Below, piece by piece: positions 11,111 through 20,277 of a stretch of DNA of 64,000 bases; within the stretch, counting starts at the first letter, position 1; each line of letters begins with the position of its first letter. A model generated the notes under the pieces. It made no database searches. It was not told where the DNA came from and worked only from the letters and a program-made list of their open reading frames with translations. The translations under genes were made by a program, and so were the position numbers. Source of the stretch: a virus. Location: IMG/VR virus record IMGVR_UViG_3300027782_000038, one strand, 5' to 3'.

Positions 11111-12105
11111 TGGCAAATACTTATTATAATAGAAGTATTAGAAAGATAATTGTAGGATTCGGAAACATTTTCGATAATATAACACTTGTTCGTTATAATA
11201 CAGATGAATCTGAAGCCGAACGTTTCATTGTACCTATTGCATATGCATCAAAAGAAAGATATGTAATGCGTTTGGAAGGTGATCCAGATTTAGATAAAAA
11301 AATACAAATGACTCTACCTAGAATGTCATTTGAAATGAACGGCATTAGTTATGATTCGTCTCGCAAACAAAATACAAATGTGAAAGCCTTTGCACAACAA
11401 TCAAACGGTAGTGTTAGTTCTCAATACAATCCAGTACCATACAACTTTGATTTTTCATTATACATCTATGTCAGAAATATAGAAGATGGTTCACAAATTA
11501 TTGAACATATTTTACCATTCTTTGCACCAGACTATACAATTAAAATAAACATGGTACCAGAAATGGGTATAGTTAAAGAAATACCTGTTGTATTAAAAGA
11601 TACCAAATATGAAGTTGAATATGAAGGTATGAGAGAGAATGATACCCGTGTTGTTATTTGGACACTAAATTTTACCGTGAAAGGTTACATTTATGGAGCT
11701 TCAACTCCTAATGCTTCAATAATCAGAACAGCTATTACTAATGTATATGATCAAGTCACCGCAGATAGTACGGTGGTATTCAAAATGGCCAATACAGGCA
11801 ATGGTATATACCAGACAGGTGAAATTGCATATCAAGGTTATTCTGTAAACACATCATCTGCATCAGGTAAAGTTGTTCAATGGAATACAACGAATAAAGA
11901 ATTATATTTAACTGAGTTACAAGGCAATTTTATATCAACACAATCAATCAAAGGTCTAAACACAAACGCAAACTATGTATTCAATTCATACGAGGTTTCG
12001 CCTTTAAAGTTGGCCAGAGTTGTTGTTGTTCCTAATCCAACATCAGCTAACGCTAATAGTAATTATACATATACTACCACTATAACAGAAACACCAAACA
12101 CATAA
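11110..12105 (+). CDS. gp15: Tail sheath stabilizer / terminator gp15
   Basis: FGNIFDNI, VPIAYA.KE, LPRMSFE, PVPYNF and IEHILPFF.P motifs. Confidence 0.92.
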   Translation: MANTYYNRSIRKIIVGFGNIFDNITLVRYNTDESEAERFIVPIAYASKERYVMRLEGDPDLDKKIQMTLPRMSFEMNGISYDSSRKQNTNVKAFAQQSNGSVSSQYNPVPYNFDFSLYIYVRNIEDGSQIIEHILPFFAPDYTIKINMVPEMGIVKEIPVVLKDTKYEVEYEGMRENDTRVVIWTLNFTVKGYIYGASTPNASIIRTAITNVYDQVTADSTVVFKMANTGNGIYQTGEIAYQGYSVNTSSASGKVVQWNTTNKELYLTELQGNFISTQSIKGLNTNANYVFNSYEVSPLKLARVVVVPNPTSANANSNYTYTTTITETPNT

Positions 12106-12106
12106 A

Positions 12107-12541
12107 ATGAATACTTTTGATAAGAATATGGAAAAAATATTTGATGTGGTACCTGTTGAAGAAAAAAAGACTCAGGTAATTACAACAAAATATAATGAAC
12201 CCACAGATATGCAACAGGATTTAAATGATGCATACCAACAGTCAAGAGAAAATCTCCAAGGTATTATTGACCAAGGCCAAGAAGCCATGGCAGAAATATT
12301 AGAAATTGCAAAACAAGGCCAACATCCTAGAGCATTTGAAGTCTACGGTACACTACTTAAAAATATGGTAGATGCTAATAAAGAACTACTAAACATACAA
12401 AAACAAATGCGTGATATGGATAATGTAAAGAAAGAAGTAAATAACACTAATATTGACCAAGCTATTTTTGTTGGTAGCACAGAAGAATTGAATAAATTAC
12501 TAAAGAATAATAATGAAAAAAAAGTTATAGATATGAATTAA
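12107..12541 (+). CDS. gp16: Terminase small subunit gp16
   Basis: HPRAFEV and IFVGST.EL motifs; upstream of gp17. Confidence 0.9.
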   Translation: MNTFDKNMEKIFDVVPVEEKKTQVITTKYNEPTDMQQDLNDAYQQSRENLQGIIDQGQEAMAEILEIAKQGQHPRAFEVYGTLLKNMVDANKELLNIQKQMRDMDNVKKEVNNTNIDQAIFVGSTEELNKLLKNNNEKKVIDMN

Positions 12542-13305
12542 ATCCATTTACATTCATAACCCTTATGTTTTTTTTGTTTCCCCCTGGCAACGGTCATCAT
12601 TGATTGATAATTTAAATTATTATCTATACAATATTGTTTCAGATTATCCGTAACAACAATATTACCATTTAGATCTATTACATTACAAATTTTATTGTTT
12701 AATGGTGGAATTCTTTTATTATCTGGTCTATCGTTATATTTTGATTTTGGATCAGACCAATATAATTTTCTTGTATCTGACATTTTTTGTTTAAATACAA
12801 CGGTATTGCAAGAGTCTTTATGTTTTTTAATATAATTCAAATTTTTATATATTGAATTTTCTTTTTTATGGTTTTCTTTCATTTTGTTGGATTGTTTTTT
12901 CTTTACTTCAGGTTTGTTTTTACCATCAATTTGTTTTTTTCTATATTCATCAGAATTAATATACGAATTTTTATCTTTATGTAATTGAATCATTAAATCA
13001 CTTTTTAATTTTTTTGATATTTCATATTGTTTGTTTGTAATTTTAATATCATTACTGTTAGACATTCTATGAAAAGCGTGTATCATTTTATGTTTTGGTG
13101 ATCCTATTAACATTTTTGTTAATAGATGATGTACAGTATAATGTTCTTTGGAAGTTAAATACACCAAATTTTCTTTGTCATTTGAACCACCTAAAGATTC
13201 TGGTATAATATGATGTTTTTCGGTGTAACTATTAGGTTTGGACCTAGTTTTGGCTGCATTGATTATGTCATTATACCAATGAGTATATTTGTTATCTAAA
13301 TACAT
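12538..13305 (-). CDS. Free-standing HNH homing endonuclease (MobE-like, with NUMOD-type C-terminus)
   Basis: YTEKHHIIPESLGGSNDKENLVYLT.KEH...H motif; antisense insertion between gp16 and gp17. Confidence 0.88.
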   Translation of the reverse strand: MYLDNKYTHWYNDIINAAKTRSKPNSYTEKHHIIPESLGGSNDKENLVYLTSKEHYTVHHLLTKMLIGSPKHKMIHAFHRMSNSNDIKITNKQYEISKKLKSDLMIQLHKDKNSYINSDEYRKKQIDGKNKPEVKKKQSNKMKENHKKENSIYKNLNYIKKHKDSCNTVVFKQKMSDTRKLYWSDPKSKYNDRPDNKRIPPLNNKICNVIDLNGNIVVTDNLKQYCIDNNLNYQSMMTVARGKQKKHKGYECKWI

Positions 13306-13373
13306 TTGCTGGCATTCCTATAAAATGTTAGAGTGTATGCGGTCTGAACACCGTCGATACACACCTATTTATA
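13306..13373 (-). promoter_or_regulatory. Late promoter plus structured 5' leader of the HNH gene (copy 1)
   Basis: Minus strand reads TATAAATA GGTGTGTATCGACGGTGTTCAGACCGCATACACTCTAACATTTTATAGGAATGCCAGCAA ATG; homologous to 39683-39756. Confidence 0.7.
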
Positions 13374-13394
13374 TTATCAAGGAATTAAATAATA

Positions 13395-15065
13395 GTGGCA
13401 ACATCAAAACAGACGTATAGGGATAATCCCCGATTAAAAAGGGTTGGTGTACCAGTTAATTGGACACCAGAGTTAGTTGAAGAATATAAAAAATGTAAAG
13501 AAGATTACATCTATTTTTCGAAATATGTAACCATTATCTCTCTAGATAAAGGTATTGTACCTTTTAATATGTACGATTTTCAAAAGGACATGATTAAAAC
13601 CTTTGATGAAAATCGTTTTGTTATCGTTAAATGTCCTCGTCAGGTTGGTAAAACCACAACAGCAGTTACATATCTTCTTTGGACAATACTATTCAAGTCT
13701 GCACAAAACATTGCAATTCTGGCCAACAAAGGTAAAACAGCAAACGATATTCTAGGTAAGTTACAATTAGCCTATGAATCAATACCTATCTGGATGCAAC
13801 AAGGTGTCGTTGAATGGAACAAAGGCCGTGTTGAATTAGAAAACAATTCAGTTATTATTGCCAACTCAACATCATCATCTGCTGCTCGTTCTGGTGCATA
13901 CAACATCGTATTCTTGGACGAATTTGCGTTCGTTCCTTCTAACATTGCATATGACTTCTTGACTTCTGTTTATCCTGTTATTACATCAGGTACCAAAACC
14001 AAGATTCTAATGGTATCTACACCAAACGGCATGAATCTGTTTTATAAATTATGGAATGATGCTGTCAATAAAAGAAATGATTATGTACCATTTGAAATTC
14101 ATTGGTCTCAGGTTCCAGGTCGAGATGAAGAATGGAAAGAACAAACCATTCGCAATACATCAGAACACCAGTTCAGACAAGAATTTAACACAGAATTCTT
14201 AGGTTCAACTAATACTCTGATTTCTGGTACCAAATTACAACAGTTGACATATAAACAACCGATTGCCGAACATGATGGTGTTAAGATTTATGAATATCCA
14301 ATCAAAGGTGATGATGACAACAAGAAAGATCACCTCTATGGTATTTGGGTGGACGTTTCAGAAGGTAAGAATTTAGACTCCTCTACATTCTCCGTCATTG
14401 ATATGTCTACTACACCTTACAGACAAGTAGCTACATATAAAGACCCCACCGTGTCTCCTATGTTGTTCCCTACACACATATACAATGCAGCTAAATTGTA
14501 TAATGATGCCTATATTTTGATAGAGATCAATAATACACCACAAGTGGCTGACATTATTCACCAAGACCTTGAGTATGAAAACTTATTTAAGGTATTTACC
14601 GGTAATAAAAAACCACAACAGTTGTCGGCTGGTTTTGCCAGAGGTGTACAGTTAGGTGTCAAAATGTCACCACAAGTTAAAAGAATTGGTTGTTCAAACC
14701 TAAAAATGCTTATAGAAGGCAATAAACTGGAGTTGGTTGATTTTGATACCATATCAGAACTAACTACATTTGTTGCAAATAAAACTTCCTTTGCGGCCGA
14801 AGCGGATGCAAATGATGATTTGGTTATGGGATTGGTTATGTTTGCGTGGGCATCCACTCAAAAATATTTCAGAGAAATTGTTAACCATGATTTGAGAAAA
14901 CAAATTCAACTTGAAAATATGAATCAAGTTGATGAGTTATCACCACCTACACCTATGATGGATAATGGAATAGAAACTAATTTTGATGTATGGGACGATG
15001 ATGTGTGGGAGAAAGCAGATGGTGGTGAGGTTTACTCTGGTTATTTTAGAGAATTGTCCAGATAA
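13395..15065 (+). CDS. gp17: Terminase large subunit gp17
   Basis: Walker A PRQVGKTT, Walker B FLDEFAF, STPNG.N.FY, nuclease DVSEG and DDLVM motifs. Confidence 0.97.
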   Translation: MATSKQTYRDNPRLKRVGVPVNWTPELVEEYKKCKEDYIYFSKYVTIISLDKGIVPFNMYDFQKDMIKTFDENRFVIVKCPRQVGKTTTAVTYLLWTILFKSAQNIAILANKGKTANDILGKLQLAYESIPIWMQQGVVEWNKGRVELENNSVIIANSTSSSAARSGAYNIVFLDEFAFVPSNIAYDFLTSVYPVITSGTKTKILMVSTPNGMNLFYKLWNDAVNKRNDYVPFEIHWSQVPGRDEEWKEQTIRNTSEHQFRQEFNTEFLGSTNTLISGTKLQQLTYKQPIAEHDGVKIYEYPIKGDDDNKKDHLYGIWVDVSEGKNLDSSTFSVIDMSTTPYRQVATYKDPTVSPMLFPTHIYNAAKLYNDAYILIEINNTPQVADIIHQDLEYENLFKVFTGNKKPQQLSAGFARGVQLGVKMSPQVKRIGCSNLKMLIEGNKLELVDFDTISELTTFVANKTSFAAEADANDDLVMGLVMFAWASTQKYFREIVNHDLRKQIQLENMNQVDELSPPTPMMDNGIETNFDVWDDDVWEKADGGEVYSGYFRELSR

Positions 15066-15083
15066 ACTATAAAAGTGGTGTTA

Positions 15084-15091
15084 TATAAATA
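15084..15091 (+). promoter_or_regulatory. Late promoter TATAAATA upstream of gp18
   Basis: Exact consensus, intergenic. Confidence 0.75.
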
Positions 15092-15146
15092 TCATGATGG
15101 TATCTTATTATAACTGCCAAAAACAAAAATAATTAAGGAGAAACAA

Positions 15147-16859
15147 ATGGCATTTCAAATCTCTCCAGGCGTATCAATAGCGGAAGTTGATCAAACAGCA
15201 TCAACTCCAACTATTGTAACTACTGCCGGTGCATATGCAGGTCCTTTTGCATGGGGTCCTGTAAATAAAAAAACTTCTGTACCAAGTGAAACATCATTAG
15301 CTGAACAATTCGGTAATCCAGACAGCAACACATTTACATCATTTTTCTCTGCTGCTAGTTTCTTGGCATATGGTAACAATTTAACAGTTGTTCGTGCTGC
15401 AAACAATACAACTTATAATTCTTCTGCAAATACAGCCGCTGCCGGTATACAGATTAAAAATAAGGATATATTTGAAACTTCATACCTGTTTAGCAATAAC
15501 AATAATGCATATGGTGCTTTTGTTGCCAGATATCCAGGTGAATTAGGTAATTCATTAACAGTTTCAGTTGTTGATGCTGCATCATATTCAACATCATGGA
15601 ATGTTAATGGTATTGGGGTTTCTTCATATTTTCCAACTGCACCAAGCACTTCAGCTCAAGCTGCAGGTTTAGGTTCAGCCAACGATCAAATTCACATTGT
15701 TGTAATGGATACAGGCGGTTTATTCACAGGTACAAAAAATACAGTATTGGAAACTTTTTCATTCCTATCAAAAGGATTTGATGCAAAAGATTCATTAGGT
15801 AATCCAAATTATTATAAAACAGCAATCTTTAATAATTCAAAATACATCTACGCTATAGATCCAGTTTCATACTCAACAACTAACGCTAGTTGGGGTAGAA
15901 ATTTAGCTAATACAAATTTTGTGACAATTTCTACTGCACAAACAACAACATTAGTTAATGGTAGTACTGCCACAGTAACAGACGGTGATATTCAGTCCGC
16001 TTGGAGTGGATTCACTAATGCTGATACAACAGATGTGTCTTTAGTTATTACTGGTGCAGCAACCGTCACAACACAACAATATGTTATTGATAATATTGCA
16101 AATGCCCGTAAAGATTGTATTGCTTTTGTATCACCACCATCTGCAAATGTGGTTAATCAATCAGGTTCGGAAGTTTCAAACATTACTGCTTGGAATACGG
16201 CCTTATCAAGATCATCTTCTTATGCTGTAGCCGATAGTGGTTGGAAGTATATGTTTGACAAATATAACAATGTTTACCGTTATGTTCCATTAAATGGTGA
16301 CATTGCTGGTCTATGTGCATATACAGATTCAGTTCGTGATCCTTGGTTTTCACCAGCTGGTTACAACCGTGGTAATCTGAAGAATCTTGTTAGATTGGCG
16401 TGGAATCCAACACAGACGCAGAGAGATTCTCTGTATGCCCTTGGAATTAATTCAGTTGTTTCAATGCAAGGTGCAGGCACAATGTTATATGGTGACAAGA
16501 CTCTACAAAGTCAGCCATCAGCATTTGATCGAATCAATGTTCGTAGATTGTTTATTGTCTTAGAGAAAACTATTGCAACAGCATCAAAATATTCGTTGTT
16601 TGAATTTAATGATTCATTTACACAATCACAATTTGTTGCACTTGTAACTCCATTCTTACGTGATGTTAAAGGTCGCCGTGGCATTTATGACTTCCAAGTT
16701 ATTTGTGATTCTACAAATAACACACCGAATGTTATTGATGCTAACCAATTTGTTGGTGATATATACATCAAACCTGCTCGTTCAATCAACTACATTCAGT
16801 TGAATTTCGTTGCAGTAAGAACTGGCGTTTCTTTCAACACAATCGTTGGTTCAGTCTAA
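15147..16859 (+). CDS. gp18: Tail sheath protein gp18
   Basis: SPGV, F.WGP, ARYPGELGN, WFSPAGYNRG, FDRINVRRLF and YIKPARSINYI motifs. Confidence 0.97.
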   Translation: MAFQISPGVSIAEVDQTASTPTIVTTAGAYAGPFAWGPVNKKTSVPSETSLAEQFGNPDSNTFTSFFSAASFLAYGNNLTVVRAANNTTYNSSANTAAAGIQIKNKDIFETSYLFSNNNNAYGAFVARYPGELGNSLTVSVVDAASYSTSWNVNGIGVSSYFPTAPSTSAQAAGLGSANDQIHIVVMDTGGLFTGTKNTVLETFSFLSKGFDAKDSLGNPNYYKTAIFNNSKYIYAIDPVSYSTTNASWGRNLANTNFVTISTAQTTTLVNGSTATVTDGDIQSAWSGFTNADTTDVSLVITGAATVTTQQYVIDNIANARKDCIAFVSPPSANVVNQSGSEVSNITAWNTALSRSSSYAVADSGWKYMFDKYNNVYRYVPLNGDIAGLCAYTDSVRDPWFSPAGYNRGNLKNLVRLAWNPTQTQRDSLYALGINSVVSMQGAGTMLYGDKTLQSQPSAFDRINVRRLFIVLEKTIATASKYSLFEFNDSFTQSQFVALVTPFLRDVKGRRGIYDFQVICDSTNNTPNVIDANQFVGDIYIKPARSINYIQLNFVAVRTGVSFNTIVGSV

Positions 16860-16888
16860 TAAATAACTCAACGATATAGGAGAAAAAA

Positions 16889-17440
16889 ATGGCATTTAAT
16901 GCATCTCAGTTCAGATCACAGTTAGAATTTGATGGGGCTCGTCCCAATCTGTTTGATGTTAACATCTTGTTTCCAACATTTGTTAATAATACAAAAAATC
17001 CAAGTGATAAAATTCAATTCATGGCTAAATCAGCTCAACTACCGGGTTCTACAATTGGGATTGTTCCAATTTATTACTTTGGTCGTGAACTCAAATTTGC
17101 CGGTAATAGAACATTTCCAGATTGGACAGTAACTATTATTAATGATGAAGATTTTGTAGTACGCAATGCTTTAGAACAATGGTTAAGTGCAATTAATAGT
17201 CATGCAGGAAACGTTCGTAGTCAAAATGCTAGTAATCCTTTAGCATATAGCCCTGCTGATGCTACTGTTAACCAATATTCAAAAATTGGTGGCGATCCAA
17301 TCAAAAAATATACATTTACTGGTTTATTTCCAGTAGATTTAAGTACTATTGATTTGGATTGGAGTTCAAATGATTCTATTGAAGAATACACGGTAACCTT
17401 TGCATACCAGTACTGGACTTCGGATACAACAGACGTTTAA
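16889..17440 (+). CDS. gp19: Tail tube protein gp19
   Basis: GARPNLF, FGRELKFAG.RTF.DWTVT..NDEDF and IEEYTVTFAYQYW motifs. Confidence 0.96.
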   Translation: MAFNASQFRSQLEFDGARPNLFDVNILFPTFVNNTKNPSDKIQFMAKSAQLPGSTIGIVPIYYFGRELKFAGNRTFPDWTVTIINDEDFVVRNALEQWLSAINSHAGNVRSQNASNPLAYSPADATVNQYSKIGGDPIKKYTFTGLFPVDLSTIDLDWSSNDSIEEYTVTFAYQYWTSDTTDV

Positions 17441-17455
17441 TTTATATTATATTTC

Positions 17456-17477
17456 AGAGAGGACTTCGGTCCTCTCT
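17456..17477 (+). terminator. UUCG-capped hairpin after gp19 (terminator or processing/stability element)
   Basis: AGAGAGGAC-TTCG-GTCCTCTCT followed by an AT-rich tail. Confidence 0.65.
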
Positions 17478-17512
17478 ATTATGTTTAATTGATTTGGAAT
17501 AAAAAGAAACTT

Positions 17513-19204
17513 ATGGCAAATAAATTCAGTCTGTTTGGGTTCACCATTGCTCGTGATCAAAAGGATGTCGAGCAAGGCGTACAGCAATCGTTTACCCCGC
17601 CCACAAATGATGACGGTGCTCTTACCATTACCTCTGCGGCTTACTATGGCACTTATGTTGACCTAGACGGTACCGCAAAAAATGACGTAGAATTAATTTC
17701 TCGTTATCGTGAAATGGCTATGCAACCAGAGATTGAATCTGCAATTGATGATATTGTTAATGAAGCCATATGTCAAGATGACGATGGTAAAAATATTCAA
17801 ATTGTTTTAGATAATTTAAAACAACCAGACAAAATTAAAAAAGCAATTGTTGAAGAATTTAACAATGTATGTAGACTGTTAAATTACAATAATATGGCTC
17901 AAGATATTTTTCGTAGATATTATGTTGATGGTAGAATGTTTTACCATATCATTATTGACAGAGAAAATCCGACTCAAGGTATTCGTGAATTAAGATATAT
18001 TGATCCACGTAAGTTAAAGAAAGTTCGTGAAGTCAAAAAACAAAAAGACGAACGAACTGGTGTGGATATAATGAATGTTGTTAACGAATATTATATCTTC
18101 AACGACAAAGTGGTTACAGCAAGTTCTTCCAATTTTGGTCCTGTTGGTGTTCGTATTACTACAGATTCTATTATTTCCGTGGTTTCTGGTCTTATGGATT
18201 CTCGTAGAGCGGTGGTGTTATCATACCTACACAAAGCAATTAAACCATTAAACCAATTACGTATGATTGAAGATGCGACAGTTATCTATCGTATCTCTAG
18301 AGCACCAGAACGTAGAATATTCTATATTGACGTAGGTAATTTACCTAAGTTAAAAGCAGAACAATATATGCGTGATATTATGGTCAAGTACAAGAACAAA
18401 CTTGTCTATGATGCAAACACAGGTGAAGTTCGTGATGATCGTAAGTTTATGTCAATGATGGAAGATTTCTGGTTACCTCGCCGTGAGGGTGGTAAAGGTA
18501 CAGAGATTACTACATTGCCTGGTGGTCAAAACTTAGGTGAATTGGAAGATGTTAAATATTTTGAAAAGAAACTATACAAAGCACTTTGCGTACCAGTCTC
18601 ACGTTTAAATCCAGAATCTTCGGGATTCTCTCTTGGTCGTGTTAATGAAATTACCAGAGATGAATTAAAATTCTCTAAGTTTGTTGCTCGTATGCGTAGT
18701 AAGTTTTCTGAATTATTTGATCAAGCTCTACGTATACAATGTGTACTAAAAGGTATCTGTACCGATGATGAATGGAAAGAATTCAGAGAAAACATTTACT
18801 ACAACTTCATTAAAGATAATAACTTTACAGAATTAAAAGATGCTGAGTTAATGAAAGAAAGACTTTCATTATTGGCTAACGTTGATCCATATACCGGTCG
18901 TTATTTTTCTCAAGCATGGATTCAACGTAATGTATTGCGTTTGACTGATGAACAAATCAAAGAAATGCAATCTGAAATTGATGATGAAAAAGAAGCAGGT
19001 TTAGGATTACCAGTTGGTGTGATGAATGATGTAACTCAACAACAAATGATGAGTCAAGTTCCACAACAACCAATGAATCCAGCAGATCAGCAAGATACCA
19101 CTCAAAAAGAAAGTGTTGAAGATACTTCTAAAGATTTAACTATATCCATGACAAAATTTTTTGATACTTTAGTTGAAGATTCCAATGTCAAAAGAGAACA
19201 ATAA
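17513..19204 (+). CDS. gp20: Portal vertex protein gp20
   Basis: YLHKAIKPLNQLRMIEDA.VIYRISRAPERRIFYIDVGNLPK.KAEQY and EDFWLPRREGGKGTEITTLPGG motifs. Confidence 0.97.
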   Translation: MANKFSLFGFTIARDQKDVEQGVQQSFTPPTNDDGALTITSAAYYGTYVDLDGTAKNDVELISRYREMAMQPEIESAIDDIVNEAICQDDDGKNIQIVLDNLKQPDKIKKAIVEEFNNVCRLLNYNNMAQDIFRRYYVDGRMFYHIIIDRENPTQGIRELRYIDPRKLKKVREVKKQKDERTGVDIMNVVNEYYIFNDKVVTASSSNFGPVGVRITTDSIISVVSGLMDSRRAVVLSYLHKAIKPLNQLRMIEDATVIYRISRAPERRIFYIDVGNLPKLKAEQYMRDIMVKYKNKLVYDANTGEVRDDRKFMSMMEDFWLPRREGGKGTEITTLPGGQNLGELEDVKYFEKKLYKALCVPVSRLNPESSGFSLGRVNEITRDELKFSKFVARMRSKFSELFDQALRIQCVLKGICTDDEWKEFRENIYYNFIKDNNFTELKDAELMKERLSLLANVDPYTGRYFSQAWIQRNVLRLTDEQIKEMQSEIDDEKEAGLGLPVGVMNDVTQQQMMSQVPQQPMNPADQQDTTQKESVEDTSKDLTISMTKFFDTLVEDSNVKREQ

Positions 19205-20276
19205 TCTTCTTGAAAATTCTGTAACATTAGCGACTTCAATTGCATTTACCAAAAAAGAAGTTGCTAAACTTAAAGAAGAATTTAGAGAACTATTAGAAAA
19301 TTCTCCTCCAGAAATAATTGTAGAAACCTACGAAGGAACCAAAGGTCCAATTGGACCTGTTGGTCTTACTGGACCTGTTGGTCCGCAAGGTATTCGTGGT
19401 GAAAAAGGTTCTCAAGGTGAACCCGGAATACAAGGAGTTCCCGGAATCAAAGGTGACCAAGGCGAAAAGGGTGATACTGGAGAAAAAGGAATTACAGGTG
19501 ATCGTGGTGAAAAGGGGGACAGAGGTGATCGTGGTGAAAAAGGAGACAAAGGCGACCAAGGCGTTCCTGGTGTAGATGGTAAATCCGGTAGTGCGGGAAT
19601 CAACGGTAAGAACGGTTTAGATGGTAAAGATGGAACCAATGGAAAAGATGGTATTAATGGTAAAGACGGAAAGAATGGTCTAGATGGCATCAATGGTAAA
19701 GACGGAACCAATGGAAAAGATGGTATTAATGGTAAAGACGGAAAGAATGGTCTAGATGGTAAAGATGGTGAACGTGGTGAGAAGGGTGAAAAGGGAGACA
19801 AAGGTGATCCAGGTAAAGATGCTGATATTCTTCCAATACAAGAAAAACTTTCAGTCTTTCAAAAAGGAATTGAACAAGACCTAAACAATTATAAAAACAA
19901 AATCAATTCTGTAATAACATCAAAAGGTTTTGGTGAAACTGCTGGATCAGGTTCATATTATTTAAATGATTTAGGTGATACAGATAAAGCAAGTATAAAA
20001 ACTGCTGCAAATGGACAAAGTTTAATATATAATAGTAGCATAAAAAAATGGGTTGCAGGTAATATATCGCAACCAGTTGAATTAATTAATCCTGTATTCA
20101 CATATACAAATGGATTATTAACAAATATAACATATTCTGGTGGACAAACAAAAACACTTACATACTCTAGTGGAATTCTAACTCAAATAGATCAGAATAT
20201 GCTAACATATATAATAAGAAAGACATTTAATTATACAGATGGAGTATTAACTTCGATTACACAGGTAACTTTATAA
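19185..20276 (+). CDS. Collagen-like (Gly-X-Y) virion protein
   Basis: Long uninterrupted GXY tract (GEKGDRGD/GKDGING) and LNDLGD...GQSLIYN....KW motif. Confidence 0.8.
   Translation: MSKENNNLLENSVTLATSIAFTKKEVAKLKEEFRELLENSPPEIIVETYEGTKGPIGPVGLTGPVGPQGIRGEKGSQGEPGIQGVPGIKGDQGEKGDTGEKGITGDRGEKGDRGDRGEKGDKGDQGVPGVDGKSGSAGINGKNGLDGKDGTNGKDGINGKDGKNGLDGINGKDGTNGKDGINGKDGKNGLDGKDGERGEKGEKGDKGDPGKDADILPIQEKLSVFQKGIEQDLNNYKNKINSVITSKGFGETAGSGSYYLNDLGDTDKASIKTAANGQSLIYNSSIKKWVAGNISQPVELINPVFTYTNGLLTNITYSGGQTKTLTYSSGILTQIDQNMLTYIIRKTFNYTDGVLTSITQVTL
19621..19759 (+). repeat. 72-bp-period near-perfect tandem duplication within the collagen tract
   Basis: atggtaaaga(t/c)ggaaccaatggaaaagatggtattaatggtaaagacggaaagaatggtctagatgg at 19621 and 19693. 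Confidence 0.85.
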
Positions 20277-20277
20277 T

